A stretch of DNA of 24,975 nucleotides from a virus (lineage: Duplodnaviria > Caudoviricetes): positions 1-24,975 of the IMG/VR virus record IMGVR_UViG_3300011339_000390. The stretch is one strand, 5' to 3'. The number at the start of each line of letters is the position of its first letter. Within the stretch, counting starts at the first letter, position 1. Shown one piece after another: positions 16,263 through 23,982 of this stretch. Under the pieces are notes generated by a model. It did not search any database, was not told where the DNA came from, and saw only the letters and a program-made list of their open reading frames with translations. Position numbers and translations under genes: made by a program.

Positions 16263-18811
16263 TTTGGAGCTTTCGGTTGTTGCATGGCTTGTGCCTTGCT
16301 CTTGGCGATGTCAATACCCATCTTGACCCCAGCTTCTTGCTGCTGAGCGGCCAACTTGGCTTTGCTGTCCTGTATCTGTGCACCGACTTTTAGGCCGGCA
16401 AGCTGGCTCTGCAACTGTGCTTTCTGCTGCTCCAGTTTCAGTTTGTCCGACTGTGTGGTGGCGTCGACCAGCAGTTTCTTCTCCTGCATAGCGGCCTGCT
16501 GAGCCATTTGCTGGTTCTTGGACTGCAACTGCTGCATGGCAATTTGGTTCTTCATCTGGGAATCTTGGGCTTTAAGCTGCAACTCCTGCTGCTTGATCTG
16601 AAGCTCCATCTGCTGCATCTGAATCAACGGGTCTTGCTGGTTCTGCTGAGCCTGCTGCTGGGCTGCTTGGGCTTGGTTCTGCTGCAGAACCTGCTGGGCT
16701 GCCTGCGCCATCATTCCCGACAACGCCGTTTCAACTTCCGGTGGCAATTTCTCGTCTTGCGGTGGCAGGGGCATCCCTAGCTGCTGCTCAATCTGCTGCC
16801 GGTACTGGAAGCCCACGTGCTCTGCGATGTGCGCCATCATGGCTGCTTGAATAAGCGGGGCCTTGGGGTTTTGTCCGATCAACTGGGTAATCGACGGGTC
16901 TTGCATCATCGCCATGTGGACGGCAATGTGCGACTTCTGATCTTGGTAGGAGAACGCCTTGACCGGCTCTCCCTTGATGATCATCATGTTCTCTGTCACC
17001 GGGTCCATCGGTTTCTGGTCGTCTGGCAGGGGGACTAGCTTCTCTGCGTTCTTGATCCCCAAGACCTCCAGCATGTTGCGGTGCAACTGCGGCAAGTCGT
17101 AAATGTCTGGGGCCATCTGCGCCATCTGGATCACAGCTTGGTACTGCACCACCCGCTGGCTCATGGTGGCCGCATTGGGATCGCTGACGGGGATCACATC
17201 CACATCGTCGTAGTCTTCCTTCTTGGCCTTCCTGTCGCCAACCTCGGGCTCATACGTGTAGTCAGGATCCGTGTAGTCTGCAATGATCCGCGCCAGCAGC
17301 TTGAGTTCTTGTTTAAACGCCGCGTGCACACGCGCCTGCACCGCTGTCATCACCTTGAGTTGGCGCTCCAGCAAAGCCAGCGTTGTGCCTACAGGCGACT
17401 GGCCCGACATGTCACTGATCTTCAAGTCTGCGGTAGCGGCAAACCTCCGGCCCTCTTCGACAATGTTCCCCAGCAGCGTGTAGAGAACTTGGCTGGGCTC
17501 CTTATAGGGCAGGGGCAGGATGTTGTCCCGCATCACCCCAGAGCCAATATCTACATCCCGCCACTCACCGGGGGCAATGGGGGTGTCATCTCCCTTGATG
17601 CGTAGCCCTCGGGTTTTAAGACCGCCGGGGAGGTTGGAAAGTGTTCCCGCGTCCACAAGCTGTCGCATAATGCTGGTAGCCGACTTCGCGAACCCCCCGA
17701 TGAGGTGGAACAGTCCGAAACCATACGCTCCGAAACCCGGTATGTATTGGTAGTGAACGAAATGCTGTCGTTTAAGTCTAAGCTCGTCATCTTCTTCCCA
17801 GTTGCGGCGAATCGCCAAAACCTCGCCCGTACCCTTGATTAGGGTAACTACGTAGGGCAGCATGATCCCGGTCTCTTCGCCGTCCTTGTCAACATCCTCA
17901 AAACCCTTCAGATCCAGATCTGCGTGGATTTCATACAAGGTGAAGCGGTCATCGTTTAAATCACTAAACCCGGTCTCTTTGTCCTTGGCCTTCTCAATGT
18001 CGGTAGTTTCTTTGGTCGGGTCGCCAATGTCGCATTCCCGGTAAAACCCAGCGGCCTGCAGCTTCAGTATCTCGTTCTTGGTCTTGTGCATCACGTGCGT
18101 GACGCGGTAGCAAGACTGGATGTCGGACGCGCCGTAGGGCAGCAGGATGTCTTCTGCGGGGATAAATATGGAGACTTGCCGGCCAAGGCTGGGGTCGTAG
18201 TAGACCTTCTTAAACGCCGAACCTGTAGCCGGCAGGCTCCACAGCATCCGTTCGTGCTCGGCCCGGAACTCCACCATCTTCTCGGTCAACTGCCAGTTCA
18301 TGTCTTCACGAACCCTGACCGCAGACTCTTTCTTCTCTTTGGTCTCTTTGCCAATAATCTTGGTCTTCACCGGGCCGGCAGCGGGGAATGTCTCGGTGAT
18401 TGTTTCGCTTTGGAACCTGACCACCGCCTCGGTAATCATTGGGTGGAACACACCACAAGCGCCGTTCCACGGTTCTGTGCGCTCTTCGTACTGCAAGCCC
18501 AGCAGTTTCAGGCCCTCGGTGTAGGCTTTCTCCCAGTCCTTGCGTCCAGCTTTGTCGTTGTCAATCTCCGAAGTCAGGTCAGACCCAAGGGTCTGCATGG
18601 CGCTGCTGGTCATCTCTTCGGCAAGATTGGCAGAAAAATCCTCCTCGCTCATCGCATCGGGATCAATCTCAAGCTCCACGCCTCCGATACCAATCTTGAC
18701 CGACTCGGGGTCAACAATCTCTATTTCAATTGCTTCATCCCCTGCGGCTCCCATATCATCCAAACCCATAGGGGCCTGATAGAGGGACTTATCAAAACTA
18801 GATGTAGCCAT
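16259..18811 (-). CDS. Portal protein (large, with Gln-rich C-terminal coiled coil)
   Basis: 850 aa directly after TerL; 'HPMITEAVVRFQ', 'GSAFKKVYYD', 'YGFGL.HLIGG', 'RQLVDAGTLSNLPGG'; long Q-rich tail reminiscent of the P22-type portal barrel. Confidence 0.9.
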   Translation of the reverse strand: MATSSFDKSLYQAPMGLDDMGAAGDEAIEIEIVDPESVKIGIGGVELEIDPDAMSEEDFSANLAEEMTSSAMQTLGSDLTSEIDNDKAGRKDWEKAYTEGLKLLGLQYEERTEPWNGACGVFHPMITEAVVRFQSETITETFPAAGPVKTKIIGKETKEKKESAVRVREDMNWQLTEKMVEFRAEHERMLWSLPATGSAFKKVYYDPSLGRQVSIFIPAEDILLPYGASDIQSCYRVTHVMHKTKNEILKLQAAGFYRECDIGDPTKETTDIEKAKDKETGFSDLNDDRFTLYEIHADLDLKGFEDVDKDGEETGIMLPYVVTLIKGTGEVLAIRRNWEEDDELRLKRQHFVHYQYIPGFGAYGFGLFHLIGGFAKSATSIMRQLVDAGTLSNLPGGLKTRGLRIKGDDTPIAPGEWRDVDIGSGVMRDNILPLPYKEPSQVLYTLLGNIVEEGRRFAATADLKISDMSGQSPVGTTLALLERQLKVMTAVQARVHAAFKQELKLLARIIADYTDPDYTYEPEVGDRKAKKEDYDDVDVIPVSDPNAATMSQRVVQYQAVIQMAQMAPDIYDLPQLHRNMLEVLGIKNAEKLVPLPDDQKPMDPVTENMMIIKGEPVKAFSYQDQKSHIAVHMAMMQDPSITQLIGQNPKAPLIQAAMMAHIAEHVGFQYRQQIEQQLGMPLPPQDEKLPPEVETALSGMMAQAAQQVLQQNQAQAAQQQAQQNQQDPLIQMQQMELQIKQQELQLKAQDSQMKNQIAMQQLQSKNQQMAQQAAMQEKKLLVDATTQSDKLKLEQQKAQLQSQLAGLKVGAQIQDSKAKLAAQQQEAGVKMGIDIAKSKAQAMQQPKAPK

Positions 18812-18826
18812 GTCAGTAGTGCTTTC

Positions 18827-20359
18827 TTAATAGTATGCGGCCTGTCGGCTCCGCTTGAATATCTTAGGTTCATCTTGTCGATCTGATTTCAACGAAATAA
18901 ACCCCCCGCGCCTGTAACGGCTCAAGGCCATCGTCACGCAGTCAACGTAGTCGTCATGCTCTCCATTGGGGAATTCTGCGCATTCGTTGATGACTTCATA
19001 CGCCCAACGGAAGTCTGGAGCCCATACGATACCATCAAAAAGTAGTGGGGACACAGAGTTAACCCGAGACCGTTTATCGTTTGATACCCCTGCGGCCCCC
19101 CTCGACGGGCTATATTCCTCAACAACAATGTCCATCTGCCGCAGTTCTTGGATGAGCGGAGCGCCAGCAGCTTTCTTCTCAACGAGCAAACACTCCGGCT
19201 CCCACTCCTTATACTGCTCTAATACTATCTCTTTAAGCTGCGGGAACTCCCAGCGGGCTTTGATAGCGTTGAGCAGCATTAACTCGTGCCGGTGGCTCTC
19301 TTCGTTGTACCAGACGCCCCACGTTGTGCAGGCGCTGTAGTCGTTATTGTTCTTGGTCTCGTGCGCGGTGTCCCAGACCTGAATAACGAACTCCATATCC
19401 GGCGGGTCTTCTTTCTCCCAAAGCTTCCACCAGTCTCGTTTCAACAGCGCCCCCTCCTCGCTGGTGGGCTCCTGCATGTACTGCGCCGTCCAGTACTGGG
19501 GCTGCATGCCGGCCTTCTTAGCCAGAAGCTGCTCCACAGGCCACTGCCCGGGCCATAGGCTCTTACCCGACGGGAGTATGGCCGGGAACCTTATCTCGTG
19601 CCACGGCAGCGCTGTGGGGTTGTGCTCCGCCCACGCCAGCGCCCGCCCAATGGGATCCTTCTTCCCCCAGCGCGTACCAATCATCACAATCCGCCCACCG
19701 GGCATCAAGCGCTGCATAGGGCCGACCTGCATGTACGTCCACGCCGTATCAAAGGCTGCATCCGGGTTTGCCAGCACCGCCTGCTCAGACACCAAGTCGT
19801 CAGCAATCAGTAAGTGAGCGCCGTGGCCGGCCACGTTTGCCCCGATACCAATGGCTAGGTATTTACCCCCGGAGGTCGTCGCCCAGTTGTCCGACGCAGA
19901 CTTGTCCTTTGAGACGATGGTATGGGGAAAGATACCGCGGTACTTGTCCGTATCGATCAGGTTGCGCACCTTACGGCCAAAGTCTGCAGACAGCGTGGAT
20001 GTGTGCGTTGCCATCATGATGTGATGGTGCGGGTGGTGCCCCAGATACCACGCAATGAACAAGTAGGCAATGGTTTCTGACTTCCCAAAGCGTGGGGGCA
20101 TACTGACCGTCAGACGCAACTCGTCGCCATTCTTGACGTTGTGCAGCGGGCCTTTCATATACCGATGGTGCGGGCCTTCCTTCCAATCCGGGTACATATA
20201 AGCGCAGAACTTCAGGAAGTCATCCCGGCACGCCTGCAGACCCTTCTTAGTATCTAGCGTCTCTAACTCATCCAAGAGGGCGAGTTTCTCTGTCGCCGGC
20301 ATATTCGGCAAATCCGCAAGCAAGCGGGTAACAGCGTCTGGCGTCAGTTCGTCAAGCAT
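18827..20359 (-). CDS. terL: Terminase large subunit
   Basis: Walker A 'MPPRFGKS', Walker B 'LLIADD', motif III 'IGTRW', RNase H-like nuclease 'WDTA...DYSA', 'VEKKAAG', 'HDDYVD'. Confidence 0.95.
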   Translation of the reverse strand: MLDELTPDAVTRLLADLPNMPATEKLALLDELETLDTKKGLQACRDDFLKFCAYMYPDWKEGPHHRYMKGPLHNVKNGDELRLTVSMPPRFGKSETIAYLFIAWYLGHHPHHHIMMATHTSTLSADFGRKVRNLIDTDKYRGIFPHTIVSKDKSASDNWATTSGGKYLAIGIGANVAGHGAHLLIADDLVSEQAVLANPDAAFDTAWTYMQVGPMQRLMPGGRIVMIGTRWGKKDPIGRALAWAEHNPTALPWHEIRFPAILPSGKSLWPGQWPVEQLLAKKAGMQPQYWTAQYMQEPTSEEGALLKRDWWKLWEKEDPPDMEFVIQVWDTAHETKNNNDYSACTTWGVWYNEESHRHELMLLNAIKARWEFPQLKEIVLEQYKEWEPECLLVEKKAAGAPLIQELRQMDIVVEEYSPSRGAAGVSNDKRSRVNSVSPLLFDGIVWAPDFRWAYEVINECAEFPNGEHDDYVDCVTMALSRYRRGGFISLKSDRQDEPKIFKRSRQAAYY

Positions 20360-21017
20360 TCCTGCGCTCGGCTACTATGCCGATCTCGGCATCCAGCGTC
20401 ATACCTTCGCCCTCGTTGCCGGCCTCTGGGATGGCAAATGGCGCGGGTTCTGACACAGGCGTCACATCTGTGACCGTCGCCCCGTCTATGGGTGTCAGGA
20501 ACTTGGCGAGCCTGTCGCGCAAGCGCTTCTCAATCTCTTCCTCGCTGGCGTCTTTTTTAATAACCTCGACGCGCTCGGTGAAAAGTGCCACTTCCGTAAC
20601 ATTCCCAAGCATCTGCAGCGCCTTGAGCCGGATGCGGGCGTCGGGGTGTTTGGTCTCCTCTAGTATCTTGGAGACGGTATAGCCGCGGAGTTCCTTGGCC
20701 TGATGAATGAACTCCCAATCGTAGGCGGTCAACATCCCCGACAAATGCTGCACTGCAGCAGGCGTCTTAATAACTGCCAGCGCCGTTCGGTGCTTGGCGT
20801 TGTCGACATCAAAGTTCAGGGAGGTGAAGGCTTCCCGCGCAGCGTTCTGCTGGCTCTTGGTGTCGAGGTCAGTGTCGGAGGGAACGCCTAAATCTTTCAG
20901 CCACCGATCCGTTGCGACCTGAGCGTCAAGGATATCTACGGGCGCGGCTTTCTCAAAGGGGATGAAATCCCCTACCCCTGCCGGGTTAGGCGTGAAATTT
21001 ACAAGATTATCAAACAT
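20352..21017 (-). CDS. Putative terminase small subunit
   Basis: First gene of the late operon, overlapping the terL start; helical 'RIRLKALQMLG'; GGAGG RBS supports ATG 21017 (MFDNLV) over the track start. Function from position only. Confidence 0.6.
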   Translation of the reverse strand: MFDNLVNFTPNPAGVGDFIPFEKAAPVDILDAQVATDRWLKDLGVPSDTDLDTKSQQNAAREAFTSLNFDVDNAKHRTALAVIKTPAAVQHLSGMLTAYDWEFIHQAKELRGYTVSKILEETKHPDARIRLKALQMLGNVTEVALFTERVEVIKKDASEEEIEKRLRDRLAKFLTPIDGATVTDVTPVSEPAPFAIPEAGNEGEGMTLDAEIGIVAERRNA

Positions 21018-21114
21018 GACCCTCCGCGTAAACGACAGTTTGTGCCGCTTCGAACTGATAGTGTACACTCAAATCGGTATTTGTTTCTCCTGTAAGCGCA
21101 TGGTGCGCTTTTGG

Positions 21115-21137
21115 CCCACTTCGGTGGGTTTTTTTTT
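21115..21137 (+). terminator. Intrinsic terminator on + strand with no upstream + strand CDS
   Basis: CCCAC-TTCG-GTGGG followed by T9. Confidence 0.75.
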
Positions 21138-21153
21138 GCTAAAAATTTTTATA

Positions 21154-21322
21154 GGGGGTGGGGGGTCTGCGTTTTAAATTGGGGTGGGGGGTGTTTGCAG
21201 CGGGGGGAGTCTGCAATAGGGGAGGTCTAAGTTTTTACAAAATGGAGCGTGTTTGGCTGGAACAGTGTTATTACCACGCAGCCACAGCTTCACCATAAAG
21301 GGGTGATGGGGGTACGGTGGGG
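21154..21322 (+). other. G-tract-rich non-coding segment at the late/early divergence
   Basis: Nine runs of G4-G7 in ~170 bp, all on the + strand. Confidence 0.7.
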
Positions 21323-21360
21323 TCTACAGGATGCCGAAAAGACCGTGAAAAAGCCCTATA

Positions 21361-21369
21361 TGCTACAAT
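21361..21369 (+). promoter_or_regulatory. Putative extended -10 sigma70 promoter for the early region
   Basis: TGcTACAAT about 80 bp upstream of the first + strand ATG; no good -35. Confidence 0.5.
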
Positions 21370-21409
21370 GCAGTCACTCAATAGGCATTCGGTCTATTGG
21401 GATCAACCC

Positions 21410-21427
21410 GGGAGAACGTGTTCTCCC
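21410..21427. repeat. Palindrome family A, copy 1
   Basis: GGGAGAAC-GT-GTTCTCCC. Confidence 0.75.
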
Positions 21428-21446
21428 AAGTCTATGGAGTTTCATC

Positions 21447-21830
21447 ATGACATCACTTATCACTATCAATGCATCCGCCTACAATGTGTTCGCAAAGATT
21501 GCCAAGCAAGTCGAAGACAAAAACCTTGAGTGGCAACTCACGCTGGCCGCGGCCGGCATTCTGCCGGGCGACTATCGCCCGTTCGCCATCGCATACGTGG
21601 AAGAGACATCGGGCGTGGCCGCCACAATGGGTCAACGTGGTCTGACGTTCACGAAGGACAGCAAAGAGGACAGCCGCGTCAAGTACTTGGTTTCTGTCCT
21701 TACCGGCGCTGCTGAGGCGAAGGCAGCTGCCCGGTCTCTGTCGGCAGTGTCTGATCTGGACAAGGCCCTGAAGGCCTTCGCTAAGCTGTCGGCGGCTGAC
21801 AAGAAAGCCTTCATGGCGAAAGCCAAGTGA
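21447..21830 (+). CDS. Hypothetical early protein (127 aa)
   Basis: GGAG RBS before ATG 21447 (MTSLITINA...); Ala/Lys-rich helical C-terminus. Confidence 0.8.
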   Translation: MTSLITINASAYNVFAKIAKQVEDKNLEWQLTLAAAGILPGDYRPFAIAYVEETSGVAATMGQRGLTFTKDSKEDSRVKYLVSVLTGAAEAKAAARSLSAVSDLDKALKAFAKLSAADKKAFMAKAK

Positions 21831-21835
21831 GATCG

Positions 21836-21860
21836 ACTCGGGGGAACGGTTCTCCCGAGT
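21836..21860. repeat. Palindrome family A, copy 2
   Basis: ACTCGGGGGAAC-G-GTTCTCCCGAGT, followed by TTT. Confidence 0.9.
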
Positions 21861-21983
21861 TTTACAGCGAATTCCCCATGCAATCCTGTGCGTGGGGGTC
21901 GCGGCACGGTTTCCGCCCTGTATCAAAGGGATTGTCTAGCGTTCAAGGCGCACATCTGCGCTACGCTCTGACGGAGATTCATC

Positions 21984-22262
21984 ATGAGCAAATCAAACGG
22001 AACCACAAAAATTGCCACGTTCGTAGCGTGGGTCTTTGAGGGGGAAAATTACGGCGATTTCATCGAGGAGTGGACGGGTGAACTGCGCTGGGAGAACTTG
22101 GGGCAATGCGTCGGAGCAGAAATGCAGGGCGGTCTGAGAGTCGCTGGCGTGAGCACGTTCACTATCATGCGCCCGGGAGACCGGGTAGTTTTGCGAGCAG
22201 ATGCCCCGCGCAGCTACGACACAGCAAACCCACGCAAATGGGTCATGACTGGGCGCGCCTGA
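21984..22262 (+). CDS. Hypothetical early protein (92 aa)
   Basis: GGAG RBS; bounded by repeats. Confidence 0.75.
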   Translation: MSKSNGTTKIATFVAWVFEGENYGDFIEEWTGELRWENLGQCVGAEMQGGLRVAGVSTFTIMRPGDRVVLRADAPRSYDTANPRKWVMTGRA

Positions 22263-22265
22263 CGT

Positions 22266-22295
22266 AGCCTGTAGGCCAGTGACAGTGGCCTATGG
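22266..22295 (+). repeat. Hairpin family B, copy 1
   Basis: AGCCTG-TAGGCCA-GTGACAG-TGGCCTA-TGG, 3 nt after a stop codon. Confidence 0.85.
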
Positions 22296-22309
22296 AGTGC
22301 AACCGCACT

Positions 22310-22334
22310 ACTCGGGGGAACGGTTCCCCCGAGT
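22310..22334. repeat. Palindrome family A, copy 3
   Basis: ACTCGGGGGAAC-G-GTTCCCCCGAGT (perfect 12-bp arms), followed by TTTT and an RBS. Confidence 0.9.
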
Positions 22335-22351
22335 TTTTATTGGAGATAGCG

Positions 22352-22582
22352 ATGAAAGAACAAATCAAAGGCGTGGGCTACGACGGCAAGCTGTGGCTGC
22401 TGATCGATGAAGTGACGCAGATCAGCGTCAAGGTAGGCGACATCCGCGAGTCCTTCAGAGGCGAGAAGGCCAAGATGCTAGACGGCACAGCCCCGCACAA
22501 GCCCAGCAGCACGGGCCGCGTTCAGTCGTCCAAGGGCGAGTACTTCCCGAGCGTCTACGGATGCAAGTGGATTAAGGTCTAG
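22352..22582 (+). CDS. Hypothetical early protein (76 aa)
   Basis: GGAG RBS before ATG 22352; 'FRGE....DG.APHKPSSTGRV......YFPSVYGCKW'. Confidence 0.8.
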   Translation: MKEQIKGVGYDGKLWLLIDEVTQISVKVGDIRESFRGEKAKMLDGTAPHKPSSTGRVQSSKGEYFPSVYGCKWIKV

Positions 22583-22584
22583 CC

Positions 22585-22614
22585 AGCCTGTAGGCCCGTG
22601 ACAGGGGCCTATGG
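22585..22614 (+). repeat. Hairpin family B, copy 2
   Basis: AGCCTG-TAGGCCC-GTGACAG-GGGCCTA-TGG, 2 nt after a stop codon. Confidence 0.85.
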
Positions 22615-22615
22615 C

Positions 22616-22959
22616 GTGGACGACCAGTGTATTTTGTGACTGAGCAGTCTACATTGTGGACGCACCGTCTATTTTGTGACTCAAAAATTCTACCCATCGG
22701 CTTGGCATCTTGTGCGTAGGTAGCGGTCAGCCAAAAAACCCTTATGAATCAACAACATTTTTGCTCTACTACTACTACTTATCTATATAAGATTTATATA
22801 TATAGGGAGAAATTCTTTTGTTTTTTTTCTCGGGGGAACAGTTCCCCCCAGTTTCTTGCTGTTTAAAGAAAAAAGAAAACGAAACGTTTGGTAAGTGAAG
22901 AGCTTCGGAAAATCGGTGGTATTTGCTGCTGGTATTTCCTAAGTCGTTGATTTATAAGG
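22616..22959. other. Origin-like non-coding region (20-bp periodic repeats, AT-rich tract, inverted IHF-type boxes)
   Basis: GTG(G)AC units starting at 22616, 22636, 22656, 22676; (CTA)n and TATATA tracts ~22766-22804; TAAGTCGTTGATT (22940-22952) fits the IHF consensus WATCAANNNNTTR on the minus strand. Confidence 0.5.
22829..22852. repeat. Palindrome family A, copy 4
   Basis: CTCGGGGGAAC-A-GTTCCCCCCAGT. Confidence 0.85.
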
Positions 22960-23001
22960 CCGATAACCCGGCACTTACCTCTGTAACAGACTTCACCTAG
23001 C

Positions 23002-23030
23002 TGGACAACCTCGCAAGAGTATGCTATGCT
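23002..23030 (+). promoter_or_regulatory. Putative sigma70 promoter
   Basis: TGGACA-17 bp-TATGCT with extended -10 TG, 27 bp upstream of ATG 23058. Confidence 0.65.
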
Positions 23031-23057
23031 TAGTTCTTTTTTCATAGGACACTCATC

Positions 23058-23894
23058 ATGGACGCCCCTTACATCGACTATCACGAGACCTTTCCCACAC
23101 GCTGGGAGATCACTGCCGCCTACGCCATCTGTTGCGCCAAGTGCCACGAGACCAAACTCGCCAAGCACTTCAGGCGCAAGCTGACAAGGGCGCAGGCAGT
23201 AGCAAGGGGGCATGCGTTGGGCATGCGTAATCAGGACGCTCAGCCTCGATACCTGAAAGGGGAGCGAATAGCCACTGTCGAGTCGAAGTACTGCACCAAG
23301 TGCCAGCCCGGGCACTACAAGCCCAACGACATGACGGTGAAGGAAATGTACCTAGCCGCCTACGACGGCAAGGTCTCACTGGCCCGAGTCAACATCGACG
23401 CTGAGAGGAAGCGCAAGAAGGCAAGCGCCAAGATAAGCGCTGCGGTGGCAAACCGGTGGGACAAGTGGAAGGCAGCCCCGTGGGGGCATGTGAGGGCACG
23501 TTTGAGCGAAGAATTGTTGATACTGACCCGGCGCATCAGCTACTACAACAAAAAGAAAGCACCCGCTGTGCTGCTGGACGCGTTGACCGCACTGCAGGAC
23601 GCCATGTCAATACTGCGGGCACGGTGCACGCTCAACACAAGGATACAGGTGCCGCTCGACCCGACCACAACGTGGGAGGACTTGATCGGAGCGCCTGTTA
23701 TGCGTCAACTGTGCGCAATATGGGACGCAGTGCCTATTGAGTTGATCTGGCGGGCTAACCGCACGCCACTGCTGCTGAACAAGGCGAAGCCCCTCGTGCT
23801 CGAGGGCTATGTAGCGCCGAACCAAGGCAGCATCGACAGGCTGAACATAGTCAAAGGCCGCAAGTTCATACGCGAACTGTGCGAAAAGAAATAA
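23058..23894 (+). CDS. Basic hypothetical protein with two CxxC motifs (278 aa), possible nucleic-acid-binding
   Basis: CAKC...CTKC, Arg/Lys-rich helices; AGGA RBS and its own promoter. Confidence 0.75.
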   Translation: MDAPYIDYHETFPTRWEITAAYAICCAKCHETKLAKHFRRKLTRAQAVARGHALGMRNQDAQPRYLKGERIATVESKYCTKCQPGHYKPNDMTVKEMYLAAYDGKVSLARVNIDAERKRKKASAKISAAVANRWDKWKAAPWGHVRARLSEELLILTRRISYYNKKKAPAVLLDALTALQDAMSILRARCTLNTRIQVPLDPTTTWEDLIGAPVMRQLCAIWDAVPIELIWRANRTPLLLNKAKPLVLEGYVAPNQGSIDRLNIVKGRKFIRELCEKK

Positions 23895-23917
23895 CTCGGG
23901 GGAACTGTTCTCCCGAG
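23894..23917. repeat. Palindrome family A, copy 5
   Basis: ACTCGGGGGAAC-T-GTTCTCCCGAG, overlapping the TAA of the 278-aa gene. Confidence 0.9.
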
Positions 23918-23982
23918 AAACCGTGGGGGCTGCGGCCCAGCCCCGTTTTGTTAGTTTCACTTTTCATTTAGGAGTTTTCATC

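Noticed and set aside
18086-18886. 266-aa plus-strand ORF and other plus-strand ORFs across 348-20891
   Set aside because: All are antisense to well-supported late genes and have shadow-like composition.
21249-21446. N-terminal extensions given by the ORF track (also 22292, 23923, 24413, 24610, 21068, 12321, 10797)
   Set aside because: Downstream ATGs have clear Shine-Dalgarno sequences or directly follow the upstream stop, and the extensions cross repeats, promoters or neighbouring genes.
22616-22695. 20-bp periodic repeats as a mini-CRISPR
   Set aside because: The units are contiguous and degenerate, with no unique spacers.
22863-23315. 150-aa minus-strand ORF
   Set aside because: Antisense to the 278-aa gene and its promoter; ends in low-complexity A/T sequence.
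21410-23917. Palindrome A as a CRISPR array (GTTCCCC/GGGGAAC recalls type I-E repeats)
   Set aside because: Copies are about 430-1070 bp apart, mostly with whole genes between them. The arm order is opposite to the I-E hairpin, and no cas genes are present.
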